64,000 nt of DNA from Raillietiella orientalis (lineage: Eukaryota), in NCBI GenBank assembly GCA_036172245.1, contig JAYWIR010000024.1:248001-312000 (forward strand). The letters run 5' to 3'. Positions 35,400 through 48,780 of the stretch are shown in pieces. The notes beneath the pieces were generated by a model. The model was not told the DNA's origin. It did no database searches and saw only the letters and a program-made list of their open reading frames with translations. Numbering within the stretch: the first letter of the stretch is position 1; each line of letters opens with the position of its first letter. The position numbers and the translations under genes were made by a program.

Positions 35400-37300
35400 C
35401 GCGATTGACCCGGTATGCTGTGCCTGTGGCATATCTCCGTCACAAGTTCCAATGTGTCAACGATGAGACCTGGGCACCCCAAGTTCGCCCTGTACTCCCT
35501 GCGTTGCGCTGCTGCAGTTCCCGGTCCTGCACAGCTTCCAAGGGAGAGGCGCCATGCCACTTACCTGTTCAAAGATCACATCTGCGAAGCTCGTCTCATG
35601 GGAGGGTTCCTCTTCGTCCCCTCCACCATCCGTCGTCTTCTCAAGCCCATCTTGTTCGCTTGCCCTCGGTTCTCCAGGTTCACATTCTGTAGTCCACGTT
35701 TCCGATTTTCCAGCTTCGTCTTTCAAAGTTTCATCTCATAGCTGGATGGTGGCTGGACCCCAAAGACTTCCTTGCCCCGCTGATCGTAAGATGGAATAAG
35801 TTGATGTCATCTTGCTTAAAAGCTGGGCATCAGAAGAACTGCAGATGGAAGTCCTGTCTTCTCGTCTCATAGTCCTTAGGAGCTGTGGAGTCCTTTTTGG
35901 GTGCGAGAAGGAAAATGAAGCACACGAGCTAGAAACCTTCAAGAGGTTCCCAACATCCTTTCCTTTGTCCTCACGCTCATGGGGCTTCGCAGGCGGTATC
36001 GCTAAGAACCGAGGTCGAACATGCGAGTCTTTCATCCCTCACTCCACTTGCACGGAAGAATCTTCAAGTTTAGGTGCACCTGCAAGCTGGAGAGAGGGAT
36101 GTGTTGCAGCATCTGCTTGACTCCTCCTCCTCCCAAGTCGCTCTCTCTTTCTGTTCTGCCACTACCGGGCTTCCCATTCCAGCTCCGTCTGCCTGCTTGG
36201 AACCACTCGTCTCGTCACGGAAGCCACATGCTCCAACGGGGAAACGTTCTTCCAGGATCGATTCGAAATTTGGTACTCGACGTGTCGGGAGGCGGTCGGT
36301 GAGTTCCAAGATTTGAACTCGCGGGCCAGACGAGTGTGCCAAAGCCCATGCGATCGAAGTCGTCAGCTCACAGCAACACTTAGGAAGAGACTCATCTCAA
36401 TAATCGACCTGTTGAATTGCTGCTCGATTTCAGAGTGGTCAGGTTCAGCCCTTGTCTTCAAAGCAGCCAATCAAAATCCTCCTTCTTCTGAAACGTGAAA
36501 ATGAAGGTCATGATAAGAATTTTGCACTTTTTGAGAGGAAGCCACTTTCGATCATTTCTCTGAAAAAAAGTGGATCATCCACAAAAATGTCTCAGGGTTG
36601 AGTGTTCTTGACCTTCGTTCGAGAAGTTGACCGCCGCGCTTCTGGAGGGGATCAGGCAAGGCCATCAGAAGAATCAGATCGAAATGCAACGTGAACCAGA
36701 TGAGCCGATGGATGGACCCACCGAGTTGAATTCAAATCAAAGACGCGGACAATTTCATCTCTCCCTGCAGAGTCCAATCCTTCTGAATCGATGATCTTCC
36801 CAGGACCTCCTCTTCACCAAATCTGTTTCCGGTACGGAATTTCGATTTTTGGAACGAAGAGGTGTTTCTTCATTCTCTGTTCCTGTTCTCCTATCGTATG
36901 ATCGAACCATTTTGGATCTGTTCACCAAATCTCGGAAACCTAGTCCCGCTGACATGATGTGGAAAGTGCAGCAGCAGAGAATGGTCATCAGCTCCTTGTC
37001 GTCTTAAGATGCGATGCCACGAATCATCATCCAAAGCGCCTGGCGATCAACTCCAGCACCTCTTCCCCAGAGGAGATGCTGCAAACCAAAGAGACCACTG
37101 CCTGTCGGCACCTTCTGGTAACTACGTTCATTTCATTCACACTGTCACTTTTTTTTTTCTCTCTCTCTGAAGAACTTGCAGACTTACTGATTTTTTTTAA
37201 TCTTCCCATTCCTTAGTGAACACCAGATCTCTCTTGGTGTTCATCGCTGGTAGACGACCCGAGTTACTGCGATTCACAGGCATCGGCCAGCTCGGCGTTG
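35400..37300 (-). mobile_element. Degenerate LINE fragments (C-terminal and endonuclease-like)
   Basis: TILCCCTFH (IILGDFN-like, about 36970) and a decayed C-terminal region near 35570; weak. Confidence 0.3.
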
Positions 37301-40300
37301 GTTCCCGAATCCTACCCGATCACATAACTGTGGTCGAAACTGAGTACCATGAAAATGGGGGAACGACCAATGCATCTTCTTGCTCCTCATTCTTCCACAT
37401 TTCCCGCTCACACTCGGCCATATTCATCTCTGTTCGCAGGAACCAGAAATTCGAACAGTCAGCGGTGCCACTTGACAACCAACCTCTTTGAAAGACAGCT
37501 CACAAGCGATGCAGCTTCCGATATGAAGCTTCCGGCCCATTCCATTTTTTTGCGCGTCCGAGACGAAGCCGTGAGAAAACTTCACAAAGGAGCTTTGAAA
37601 GTGGAGAAAGGTGATCTGGAAGTTTCCGTCCGCGAACAGGCGGTTGAAATTATTTGGATGGGTGGGTAAAGGCTTCAGCTGAAGTCAGGTGATATCGATA
37701 GGCTCACTCCTTCAAGCACCCTCAACGGAAAATCGGGTGGAGGCTCCCTGGAATTTCACCCTCGATATGAGTTTTTTTGTATCGCCTTCCCATTCCACAC
37801 TTTCCCGAGGTGTCATGCGCTGCTCGCAACGGCGTTGTTTTCGAACATCCATAACTGGTAAGGCGCCGAGTTCTCTTCAAATTAACTAATATCGTCGGAA
37901 CATCTTCTGCAGTTCAGACAGACAAGCCGGGGATTTAGGATTCATAATCTGTTAGCCAGTATCCCTAGCTCTGTAGCGCCACAACTACCTTCCCTCGTCT
38001 GCGCCTGCCCGCAGCCTCCCTGATTCGGGATGCGGCAAAGGAAACGTGCAGCTCAGTTCGTATCAGCTGTAGCCACTCCCGTCCCCAAGTCGGAGAGTTT
38101 GAAGTGTTTCTCCCGATATGAAGATGTTTTAATCGAGAAGCTGATCTCAATGGTCTTGCGGAACGCTTCTGGCAAAAACACGAATATCTTCATAATTGCA
38201 CCTTTCTTCCTGATGGAAGGAACGTGACAGGCTCTTTGTTCGCAGTCGAAAAGAGTTGCATCGCTCTGAATTTGATTGACACGTTGATGACTGCGTTAGA
38301 GAGAGTATCTGTGCTAATCGAAGAGTTCAGCACCTCAATCGAATCGCCGTTACGAAGACCATTATCGTCACCTCATGCTCTGCCCTCCCATTCTGCTCTG
38401 CGCCCCTCTTCCCCTCCCCGTCGTGCGCCCTGGTGGCAGAGGAGTCTTTCTGCTGCAAATGAGGAACATCGGGAGAACATACCGATCTTGTGATGCCGCT
38501 TCAATCATAAAGCGACCAAGAAGAAAATTTTTCTTGGGGCTTCCATCAGGCAGTCATGACAAGCAGAACATGAAGGGGTTGGGACTACTCGAAGACTGGT
38601 GGACGTTTTTTAACAGCGCCTGTCACCACGGAGCACGCTGCTCGCTCATTTGCTTCAAAAAGTGAAACGGTCGGAAGAGGAATGGAAGCCCAAGGCAATC
38701 TGAGAGAGTGCGGTGTCGCCTTCCCGGACCTGGTGGTTGGGGTGGCGTCCAGTCTCCCCGTTACTCTCAGCAGCTCCGAGAGTCACGCCGAACTTCGCCT
38801 GATGCGCCGTTTTCGAGGTCACCTTGGGGGGAAGCGGCAGAAACACTGTTTTCGATCCCCCCGTTCTCTACCCTCTTGTTCCTGAAATTCGTCCCGGCTG
38901 AGAGGACCGCGCCTAGACTCCAGGTCGGATCTCTCGATTTTACACTCTCGATGAGATCGAATTCGAGGAATCCTGCTCGAAATACATTCTTTTCTTTCCA
39001 AAGGATCTTAAATCCGTGGCTGGACTCGAATTCTCTTGCCAGACAGGAATCGTGAAGTTTCTGTCTCCGTCGGGAGTTCTCTCATCAGGATTCTGACCAC
39101 GGAGGGTCCAGATGCGCTCTTTCTCATACGAGCTCCATTTCATCTGGAGACTAAGGATGGTGAAGAAATCATTCCAATTTGATCAAAGGGGGGAAAAAAA
39201 AAAAAAAACGATCGGCCCTGCTTCTCGACACGATTGCCAAAGGCAAAACGGGTTGCGTCATCACACCGGTGACTATTAAGAATGCGTTTGCATTCTCTTT
39301 CTGTTTCGGAAAACGAATATCTCCCTATGTGAAGAACTGAAGGAAAGCCCAATGTAGGTGGGAGGAACGGAAGAGAACGTTTGGCACCATCATATTAAAC
39401 GTGGGGAAACAACAAACACCGGGATCAGCAGCTTGCTTGGTTCGATGAGAGCAGTCTCATTGCTATTAGTAGTGATTTCTGGCAGGCGGTTACAAAAGGA
39501 AGTACGCAATCCCAGATGGATGAAGAATTTGACCTTAAGAGAAGCGGCGAAAACGGCAGGACAAGGAGCCGAAAGAACTCCAGGTGGTGTGGCGCGCAGC
39601 GGTTCTCAGTCAGCACGGACGGACCCAGGTGAATCCAAGCAGTCGACAGATGCGCAAAACCCGGATCATTTCTGAGCTCCAAAAGGAAGTGGCTAATTTG
39701 AGACAAGGCCTCAAAGAGTTCATGTCCTGAACGGAGGAGATGCAGGACCCATCAAGGAACAATGCTGGCTTTGCATGCCTGGAGTCTTCCCGATTATGAT
39801 GTGGGGATGCATTCGCAGAAAGCTTGGAAGAAAATAATTTCTTATTCAGAAATTCCTAATGTGATGAAATTCTTACACTGGAAATCATTCTGTTTCCGTT
39901 GCAGCCTCAGCTCCCTCAGTGACTTGCTTTCTGCAAAAACAGAAGGAGGTGGCAACGATCTCTTGCAACGCTTTCGCTAAACTGTTGCTGCAAATGATCT
40001 GGGAGAGCAGTCAGCTTCAGGATATGCCACAACATTCAAATCATCGATGAAAATCTCCACACAATGCAAAAGAAAGGAGATCGATTGAGTTGACACAAGT
40101 CAAAGGAAGAAGCCTCGCGGCATCATCGTAAAAAAGAGAAGTGGTTCGGAAGCTGGAAATTTGCTTCTGCAAGCTCGCAGTGCACCTTTCATAGTGGATA
40201 AAGCAACTGTACCACAGCAACAAGTTTGAGCAAGTGACCTTGGCTACTATCCTGCTTGAGTCATAGTAAGCACATTCCAAAGTGCTCGTTTCCTGCTAGT

Positions 40301-42599
40301 AGTTTCAGCCATGAGACTGGTCCATTCTCCCGAGAACTGAGGGAGGAATTCTTGCTACGTTCCCATCACCAAATCTTTCCGGAAGCATGAGTTCAGCTCT
40401 TCATCCAAGTCAGAAAGATGTGAATAGCACGTCCTGGATACCTCTCTTGGGTCTTACACAACAGAAAGGACCTCACGAGGACCTCGGCAGGCGGGTCGGG
40501 CAAATCGCGTCCAAGTTTTGCAGGAACGGAAGACAGGAAAGGGCTGAATGGAAGCCACCCCATGGGGTGGAATCAGCCGAAGGGAGAGGCCACTAAAAAT
40601 GGCGCGTGGAACCAGCCCGCCTTTGGGCCTCACCGATCATGAGGCGACCCTTCTGGGTCTTGCTGCTGCTAGCACGACCAGAAATCCAGCAGGCAGAGAA
40701 GTGGCGTCCCTGCCTTCAATCATCCGAAGGTTCCCTTGCACCTCAGATCCCAGATTCGGTTCTTCGCATGTAGCGGTGGCGGTATGCAAACGGCTCCCTT
40801 GGGATGTACATCGCGTCAATCCTTCAATTTGGCGATTGCCGCTGCTCGCATGTAGCAGAGGATCGAGGAGGCGACCGGCAAGTTTTAAATAGGTCCCGTG
40901 GGGCAGCATCTGGGTGTTGAAGTGCTCTTCTAAGATGCACTTCCATCACTGCTGCATCCAGGAGCATTCCGGTAGTCACTGCGAAAGGTTCCCCAGAGTT
41001 CCTCTGTGACCGCATTCCTTTAAGATTCCCTCCTGTACAACTAAGGCTTGCCTTGGGGGTTCCCTCCGATCGGTTTGGGGTGATGTGCCTCTGGTGCTCC
41101 TTCTGCGACGACTCCGTGGTGAGGAACTTGCAAGAAGGATGAATGAAGAGCGGTTGCAGTTGGTGCCTAAGCGTTCTCGGAAGAACGCACTTCTATGGTG
41201 TGCTAACATGGGGAAAGCGCAGTCTGGCTCACCGCACAGAGCGCCCGAAAAACCAGGAGTTCCGTGCTTCACCTGAAGGTCCAGCTATATGGGAAGAAGA
41301 GAAGCTTCGAGAAAAACCAATGCAAACGTCCGATGCCTCTTTTTATAATTTACTGCTTATCAAGTGAGCTGTTCCATTTGGTGGTAGTCGCCCTCTGGGT
41401 GATTGAGACCTTTCTGGGGATCGGTGCGTGGGATCTCTAAACGTTTCCTTAGTTCTTCATCGCATTCTTTTCTTCAAGAGGGAGGATGGAAGGGAGAGGC
41501 GTTCCAAGTAGACAAGTGAATTCACCGGAGCAGTTTGCACCATTACGGAGGTTGTCTCTGCTTCTTCTTCAGCTCCACATCAAAAACCGGCAGAGGGCGG
41601 TGGACAACCTGCAGCCCCTACCTCGGCAGCAGGCGATCTCGCCACGGGAAGACGGCGGACCTCATGTCTGGCGGTTCTTTGCTAAAGGTGCCTTGAGGAC
41701 TCTCCTGGCTTCCATTTCCATGGAAAAGAATATCTCTTCCGGAGATCCTACCTCCCAGACGAACTGGAGTTTCGTCTCCCTTCTCCTTTTCATCTTCAGT
41801 GGGGAAGACAAAAGTGAGACAAGAAGAACCGAACCCGGGACCTGGGAATCCACTCACTGTCTAGGGTCCCTGGGAGGGACAGTGAGTGAGTGAAGGAAGG
41901 GAGGGATGAAGGAAGAGGGTCCCTTGCACCTAAGGTTCTGGAAGTGACAAGAAATTTCCGCGGCTTAGAAGCTCAGGAAAAGAGCAGAACAAGGACGTCC
42001 GGTGAACCAGCCGTGTTGCCAAGTACGGCGGTAAATGGATGGCACTGGATCCTTTGGATTAGACAACAGTCCTCCAAGAAAGATGTTGATGTGGGGAATG
42101 AAGGGAAAGAGGGCGCCTCTTCCTGATCGGCGACGGCTCTGCATAAGAAAGGCTCCGGGTCGTTGTTCAGATCGACTCCTCGAGTTGGAAACGAAGAGTA
42201 TCCTCAGTCGTTCTGTTTCCTTGGAAGTTCGCTTCCGAGAGGGCAGCGAAAGAAGGGCCAGGAACCCTCTGGCAGATCTACCATAGTCAAACTGTGCTGA
42301 AGAAGTTCCTCCTAGCTATCTGCGTCTCCTTTCATCTTTCGAAGCTGGGAGAGAGTGGTCTGCTGCTATGGAGACGGTACTTCCAGAACTCCCCTTCTTC
42401 CTTCTTCTTTTTCTAGTTTTGGCTCCTCCTCGAATCGGTTCCGCCACATCATTCCCGCCCCCCCTTCCTGCTTTGTGGTCCGCGCAGGAAGAGGGAGGGA
42501 GAAAGGAAGGAAGGAGAAGTCAATTTCCCGTTTGCTCCCTCTTTATCTCGTTCAACATTCCCCATCCTTCTGCCAACTTGGATCGCCTCTCACTCTGCC

Positions 42600-43300
42600 C
42601 TAGCCCCCAAGTAAGGGAGTTTGAAGCCTGGGGAGTTGTTGCGCTGTCCCTACCCACTTCTCAAGAATCCACTACAAAGCCTTTGTTTTGCCGCCTTTCC
42701 ATCTCAAGCGCTTCAGAGAGTGCGAGGACTTCCCGCCGCGGACAATTGCCCTCCTCCAGCCTCTGTGGGACGCTCGTAGGGAGTTTCTTTCTTAGAGGAT
42801 TGCTTCCAGCATTTCTCCGCGAGGTAGGAAGGAGGATCGGAGTGCAATACAAAAGTGCAGCGAAGGGCGCCAGAAGCGGAGCGGTCCGAAAGAGAATTCC
42901 GCCTGGAGATTTCGGTAGTTCCTCCTAATATCCAGCTCCCACGTCCCAGGAAGATCCCATGAAGCTCCCAGAGCACTCGCAAGACGCGGAGTTTGCAAGG
43001 AAAAGAGGAAAGTGGGAGGAGACAGGGAACAATGTGCACACCAGGACACGGAGAGCGGGATGCTGAGGCACTATCCAAAGACGTCTCCGAGGTTGCCGAA
43101 TTCGGAGAAGCGCGCACAAGGGCGAGACCATCTCCGGGAACCAAGAGCACTCCACGAAGAGAAACAGAACAGGAACGCAAAGGGAACAACCTCGAGGGGA
43201 CAGGCGGAAGGCGAGCTGCGCGATCCTGGGGCGTTCCCGCAAGGTCCCATCGGTCCTTCCTTCCCTTTTCATTAGAAAGGGGATTGGGAGGCACGCAAGA
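42600..43300 (+). mobile_element. Degenerate Tx1-like ORF1 relic with zinc-knuckle remnants
   Basis: REFRLEISVVPPNIQLP, then RRGVCKEKRK and MCTPGHGERD (CxxCxxxGH remnants), then a purine-rich low-complexity tail. Confidence 0.35.
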
Positions 43301-45199
43301 TGCCCGTGGGCTGTTGAGAGAGACGAAGTGAAGGAGGGGTGGGGGGAGAAAGCGGCCGGTTTCTCCGCTTCTCCTCTCTTTCCTCTGGGATCAAAGGAAA
43401 ATGAGGAAGGAAAGGTAGGAAGGGGTGGGAGTAGGAAAAATAAAAGGGAGGGAAGTTTTGGCCTCTGTCTCCAACGCCAACTCCGAGTGTGAGCTCCTTC
43501 GCCTTGGGGAGGTAAATGAACTTGCGCGCGCATCTTGTTGCGTTGCTAAGAAGCAGCGGACTTTCTGTTCTCATTGCATTCAAACGTCTTGAATGTAGCT
43601 GTACTCAAACAGAATTGGTCCATGATCCCCCTGTCATGTGTTTCTCAGTTTGAATCTGGCTTGGGATTTTCGAAAGGATTTTCGAATGTGGCCCTAGAAG
43701 AAAAGGGCCTCACCAAACTAGACTGCGAGGGGATGGCGGGCGAAGGACCGGCCGGCCATCTCAAAATTTTCAGCTAGAAGAAGAACTTTGAGGACGCTGA
43801 GATGAATCTGGAATTCTTTCCGATCCTTAAGGAAGCGACATCGAGCTGATCCCATCGAAGCACCTAATACAGCTTCCAAAGGCGAATCTCAAGAACATTC
43901 GCGCACCTCCCACTGCTTCAACTGTTTTGTTGTGCCTCGTTTTTCATGCATGTCTGCTCAGGATCAGATTCCAGGATTCCACTGATGAATCCTGCACGGA
44001 GAGAACCGGAGGCTGCTTATCCCGATTGTTTCACGCGTGCATGCTCAGCTCTACTCAAACTATTCCCCATCTTCAGCTGGAAAGACCAAAGCGACAGCAG
44101 CAGCCTTTGGAGCTTCCGATGCCAGTGCTACTCTTCTGAGAAATCGGCAGGTGGTTGCTATGAGAACCGACCAGAACGACTCGAGGAGAGATGGAAGTCA
44201 TCACCCGGCATCTCCCGAACGCAAACTCCACAAACTGTGTTGGAGCTGGAGTTGTGCAGGCTGGAGATGAAGAAAGTATCCCCCACCTTCTTCCTGCAAC
44301 TTCATCTCCACCGCCGAAGCTGCGGGCGTAGCGGCCGAGTCCCAGCATGTTGACAGCTCGAGGGAATGGGGAAGTTCTTTCTGCTCTCCCTCTCTTAGCC
44401 TCCTTCCAATTTCTCAGCCATTCAGCAAAGCAGGAAAAGGAGAGAGGAAGGGCATATACGAACCAACCTGGATGAATGTGCTCCCACCTCCCTTCCCGAA
44501 GCGCCCTCCCGGTGGCAGAGAGAAGGTTGGGTCGAGAGAACCACAGGTCGTGGGAGGGCGCGGGGGAGCTAGCGGCATTTTTCTCTCCTGTTTCAGTGTT
44601 TTCTCGCTCATTTTCTGGACGAGGATCAGAGAGCAAGAGAGACGGAGGAAGGGATGACTTTAGGGAAACATCAAGCACATCAACAAGCACCTTTCCTGCG
44701 TGACGCCCTCAAGCCAGCCGCATCCCTAGCAGTGCTGTGCTGCCTACGCGGAATCGTGACTGCATGGAGCCACGCCAGAAGACAGGACGATAGGGATGTC
44801 ATCTATTTTGCTGTCCTCATCATGAAGACAGCGTCAAGATGGCCCCATCTGGGTATCATAAAAAAGGAACTTGCCGGCGTCCTTACAAGGATGCAGAGGA
44901 CACCTTCCAGCACACAGTGATCCCTTCTAGAACCCCCCTCCTCCATTTTTTGACCTCATTTTTCGTTTTGTTTTTTTCTTTTTGTTTGCCTTCCCTTTCC
45001 CTGTGCTGCCGAAGTGAACTCTGCTGGCCAGCGTGCCAGCTCCCAGCAGGTTCCTTCTCGTAGTTATAAGTAACGTGGCAGGATCAAACGTCCTGCCAAA
45101 GGCATGCATGTTTATTTTGTAAATAAATGCTCCGGCGTGACGGGGTTTCAACCAGGGCCGCTCCACTGCAATGATTTCTTCGGAGCAGCTTCCCGGTTC

Positions 45200-46950
45200 T
45201 CCATTCCGAGTCTGTGGACTTATGCTAAGAATCGCAGGCGTATTCTCACCTCAGTTGTCCTGGTCTACTTGCCCAAAATGATCTTCCGAAAGGGGTAATG
45301 GTCCTTCCGCTCATGGCAAGTGAGGGGTTAACGGAACTCACCAAGGTCGACCCAGGAAGGATCCAAAGTCGAATGAAACGAAAAGGGATGAGCAGGATGA
45401 ATATAGACCGGTCTCCTGGTTGCAAAATGAGGCCTTTCCGTCCCCATCCCGTTCCAGAGAGATCCTGTGTCGAAAAAAATGAGGGAGGGAAGAAAAAACG
45501 GACTGTCCTTGATCTGGTTACGACCCAGTCTGTACCACGGCTCAGTTTGGAACACTTCGCAAGAGGGAAACGGGCGGAGTTCTCCTGGGCGGTTGGCCAC
45601 GCTTCCACCATCTGAAGGGTTGCCGCTGATCTTTCTTGGCGCAAGATGACAGGAAAGAGGCAACTGAGGCTACTGGAGAGTTGTACACTCGTCTAAACAG
45701 ATCCTGGGGGACATAAACAGGCAGCTGGAGTTTCCCTCCGCTGCGCGTTCATCCATCCTGATGCTGACTCTGGAGTCCTCCAGAGGCACGTGATTCTGTT
45801 ATATCGCAGTGGGGTACCATTCCTTGGGGATCCTCCTAGTTGAGCAGTGCTAAGGTCTGCTGGCGTACTGGTCTCCTTCGTTTCGAGGATCTGCGGCGTG
45901 CTGGCAGCCGAGGGGAGGCCTCGATCAGGAAGGCCCGTGATCTCCAAGTCTGGTTCCGGGGGAATTGCAGGGAACTCCGTCCGTCTTTGTGAACCTCCGA
46001 GCGAGGCTTCGGGAAGTGGCCTCGTGCGGCAGCTTCAAAATTTTCTACCGAGAAGTGGTCTGACAATTCCTTCCTCAAGAACGGGGCCATTCAGCAGACC
46101 CCTGCAGACTTCCCGCTAGCTCCCACGATGCAGCCTGGTCTCTTTCCGCTGATGCAAGAGTCCTGTAAGGGCATGGAGTCCTGTAAGGTCCCGTGGGGCA
46201 GACTCTTGCCTTCTTGAAACTTCAAGAGAAGCTCCCTCCAAGTGGCGCCGAATAGCATCATTCTTGAGGAGGGTTGTTTTTTGCCGATACATCCACATCT
46301 TGGGGACTTCTTCCGCCACACATTTCCTGTTGAGTGGATGGTGGGGTCTCTACTCATGACTTACGAGCAGCTCTGCAGCCGCGTAGGATGGATACCTCGT
46401 CTGCACTTGCGGCTGTGTAGGAGGATCGGTATGGATCCTTCAGGAGGATTCTTAGCATCCTTCGAAAACATAAGTGGAGGCAGACGCCAGTTCAGCCTCG
46501 CGATGACGGTCAACCTCGTTTCCATTGGTGATCTTGATCGAGGTGTTCGGTGGCGGTCTGCGTCAGCCGCGCCGTCCCCCATTGGACGATGATGTTAGCT
46601 TCTGTCACTGCAAAGGAATCCAACTCTTCCTCCTGCCACAGGCGTCGAGGAATGAAGTTTGGCGAAGAGTTCTAGGAAGCGAGCTGGCACCTCCAGGAAC
46701 CTGCCGAGGTAATTTCTCCAAGCAGGAAACGGGTACCAGAGTTGGTGCAGGGCGACCTCTGCGGACGGATCTACGTGTTTTGGCGCTTCCAACCGCTGAA
46801 GGTCCCCCATTCGCGATCCTCCATCGGAGAAACCACGAGGAGAAGTCCCAGCCTCGTGGATGCGAGGTCTGGAGGAACTGACATTCTTCGTCCGCAAAGT
46901 GGAAGGACAACTCGCCTCCCGAGGGAGTGCGGAACGTGGATCATTCTTTG
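45200..46950 (+). mobile_element. Degenerate LINE RT relic
   Basis: YRPVSWLQN (45402), SGVLQRHVIL (45769) and RFEDL (about 45880); C-terminal segment shared with about 7463. Confidence 0.55.
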
Positions 46951-48239
46951 GAATTGTTTTTTGGTCCTCTCGTGATGGGGAGTAGTGGGATGATTTTTTG
47001 GGTTCGGGAGTTACTACAATACCGGGTCGACCCGCGACAGGAGAAGAGCAAGCTCCAAGGTATCCCATCCACTTCCAAAAAGCAGTTTAATATACTGGCC
47101 ACCAGATAGGTGGCGTATCAGATATGAAGCTGATAAGAACAGATTTATTTCAATTAAATTGTACATAAAACAATAAAAATGAAATGGAGGGCTGTGCTGA
47201 ATCTTCATATCTGTCTCTGGGGGAATCACCATTGGATATTTCAGGCGAGTAACTCCTTCATCTTGCATATTGTGTCGTCCGGAGGATGACCTAAGCGGTG
47301 AGTCCAGTAGATGCCCTGACTATGTTGCATGCAGGAAGCAACTATCAACTTCCTCATTTTTTCGGCATACGATTTTTCGGGATTCCTAATTCACGAAGAA
47401 CTGCATCATTTCGAGGATCCCTATATCCTAGGGAACCAACAAGCTCTCCTTTGAGCCTGAGGACTCATTTTCCTGTAATCCTGAGCAACCTCAAGGAACG
47501 AAAGTGAGTCTCCTCGAACACTACGACGCCTTTCACTTTGGTCCAGGGATCGGAAGTACTAGCTTGGAATTTTGCCGCCCATAACCAGGTAGCAGACGGA
47601 TCCGCCGATCCGAACCCATTTTCCGAGTGCCCGCGCGTATGCAGACGCGGAAGCTGGGAGCTGCACTCTCGATCCCTCATGCCACGGCACTTCCCTCCAC
47701 TCGCAGAGCAGCCGACGGGGATGAGGGACCGCTTGGCCCGGAGTGGTGCCGGGAGCCGGAGGCGACAGGATGCAGCCGAAAGAAAGGAACCGAACCTTGG
47801 ATGGCAGGATTTTCTCTGTTAGCGGGAGGCAGGAGAATCGCGAGTCTGCCCAGTTCCTGGGATGAGCTGCGCAGGCAGAGTTTTTCCGACATTTCTGGCT
47901 GTTGCTTCCATTCCCTCTTCTCGACGGGATGGTCGAAAGCAGAAGCACGAAGCAACAAGGGCTGGTTCCTGAGAATGAGGAGCAGCAGCCGCGACGACCC
48001 GCGCTCCAGCATCGCCGCAGCTGCTCCGGAATGCTCGTTTCCCGGACGGGCTGTTTCTTGGGAGGATCTCACGAGCTCTCGAGATTACCTACGAGCCTTC
48101 GTGGGCTCAGTTTCGCGTGCCGCCGCTAGAAACTGCTTCCTCCCCTTCGCTCTGTTTCTCCGCTTCTCTCCCCCCCCCCTCTCTTCTTTCAAGGGAAACT
48201 TGGAATTCAGTTTCGGGACCACGGGCAAGCCTTCTTCCC

Positions 48240-48780
48240 CTCGCGAAGAGATTTGCCTTCCAATCTCATTAGCGGTAACCATGTTCCGCCTCTCTCAACG
48301 GGTCGCAAGCAGATGCGAGGAACGTTCCCCAGGAGGAGTAAGCGCTCCGAGGAGGAAACTCATCAGAAGGCAATTACCGCCTTGCATCACCCGAATTGCA
48401 TCCGCGGCAGCCGCTCTCATCGCCTATTCTGCTGCGCTATCTTAATTCTTCCCGCATTAGGATGCGCTCCCGGCGGAGCAAATCAGGTTGCGATGCGTGG
48501 ATAATCCCATTCGGTGCCTACCATTGACGGAGGGAACGCTGCAGAGCTCCGAAAATAGGAATTTAATGGAGTAATTGTTCATCTGATGCGGTTTACGGAG
48601 GAAAGCAAACAGCTTGGGCCGCTCGCATGGATGAAGGCGAGTGTTTTCAATTTGCGAGGCGCAGATCGAGGGAGGGGAACAGTCGATTCCGGGGAGCGGA
48701 GGAATTGCTAAAAAGATGATAACAGGTAATCATGGAAGAGCGCTTGAGGGGGGCCTCTCGGATATGATATCGTCGATTTC
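48240..48780. promoter_or_regulatory. Putative distal enhancer cluster
   Basis: TE-free stretch with ctcattag, gcaattac, cttaattc, gcattagg, ggataatccc, ccattgac, tttaatggagtaattg, aagcaaaca (Fox-like) and gtaatcat. Confidence 0.4.

Noticed and set aside
46158..46188. Short direct repeats (gagtcctgtaagg x2; also agtcggactctcYtcggat x2 at 14025 and 14083)
   Set aside because: These are two-copy local duplications inside TE relics, with no array or spacer structure.
47985..48040. + strand DDPRSSIAAAAPEC resembles the start of an OAR domain (DPRSSSIAALRxKAxEH)
   Set aside because: It lacks the LRxKAxEH half and has no convincing splice acceptor. It also adjoins a probable - strand endonuclease relic (SAYARA, LVMGGK at about 47570-47650).
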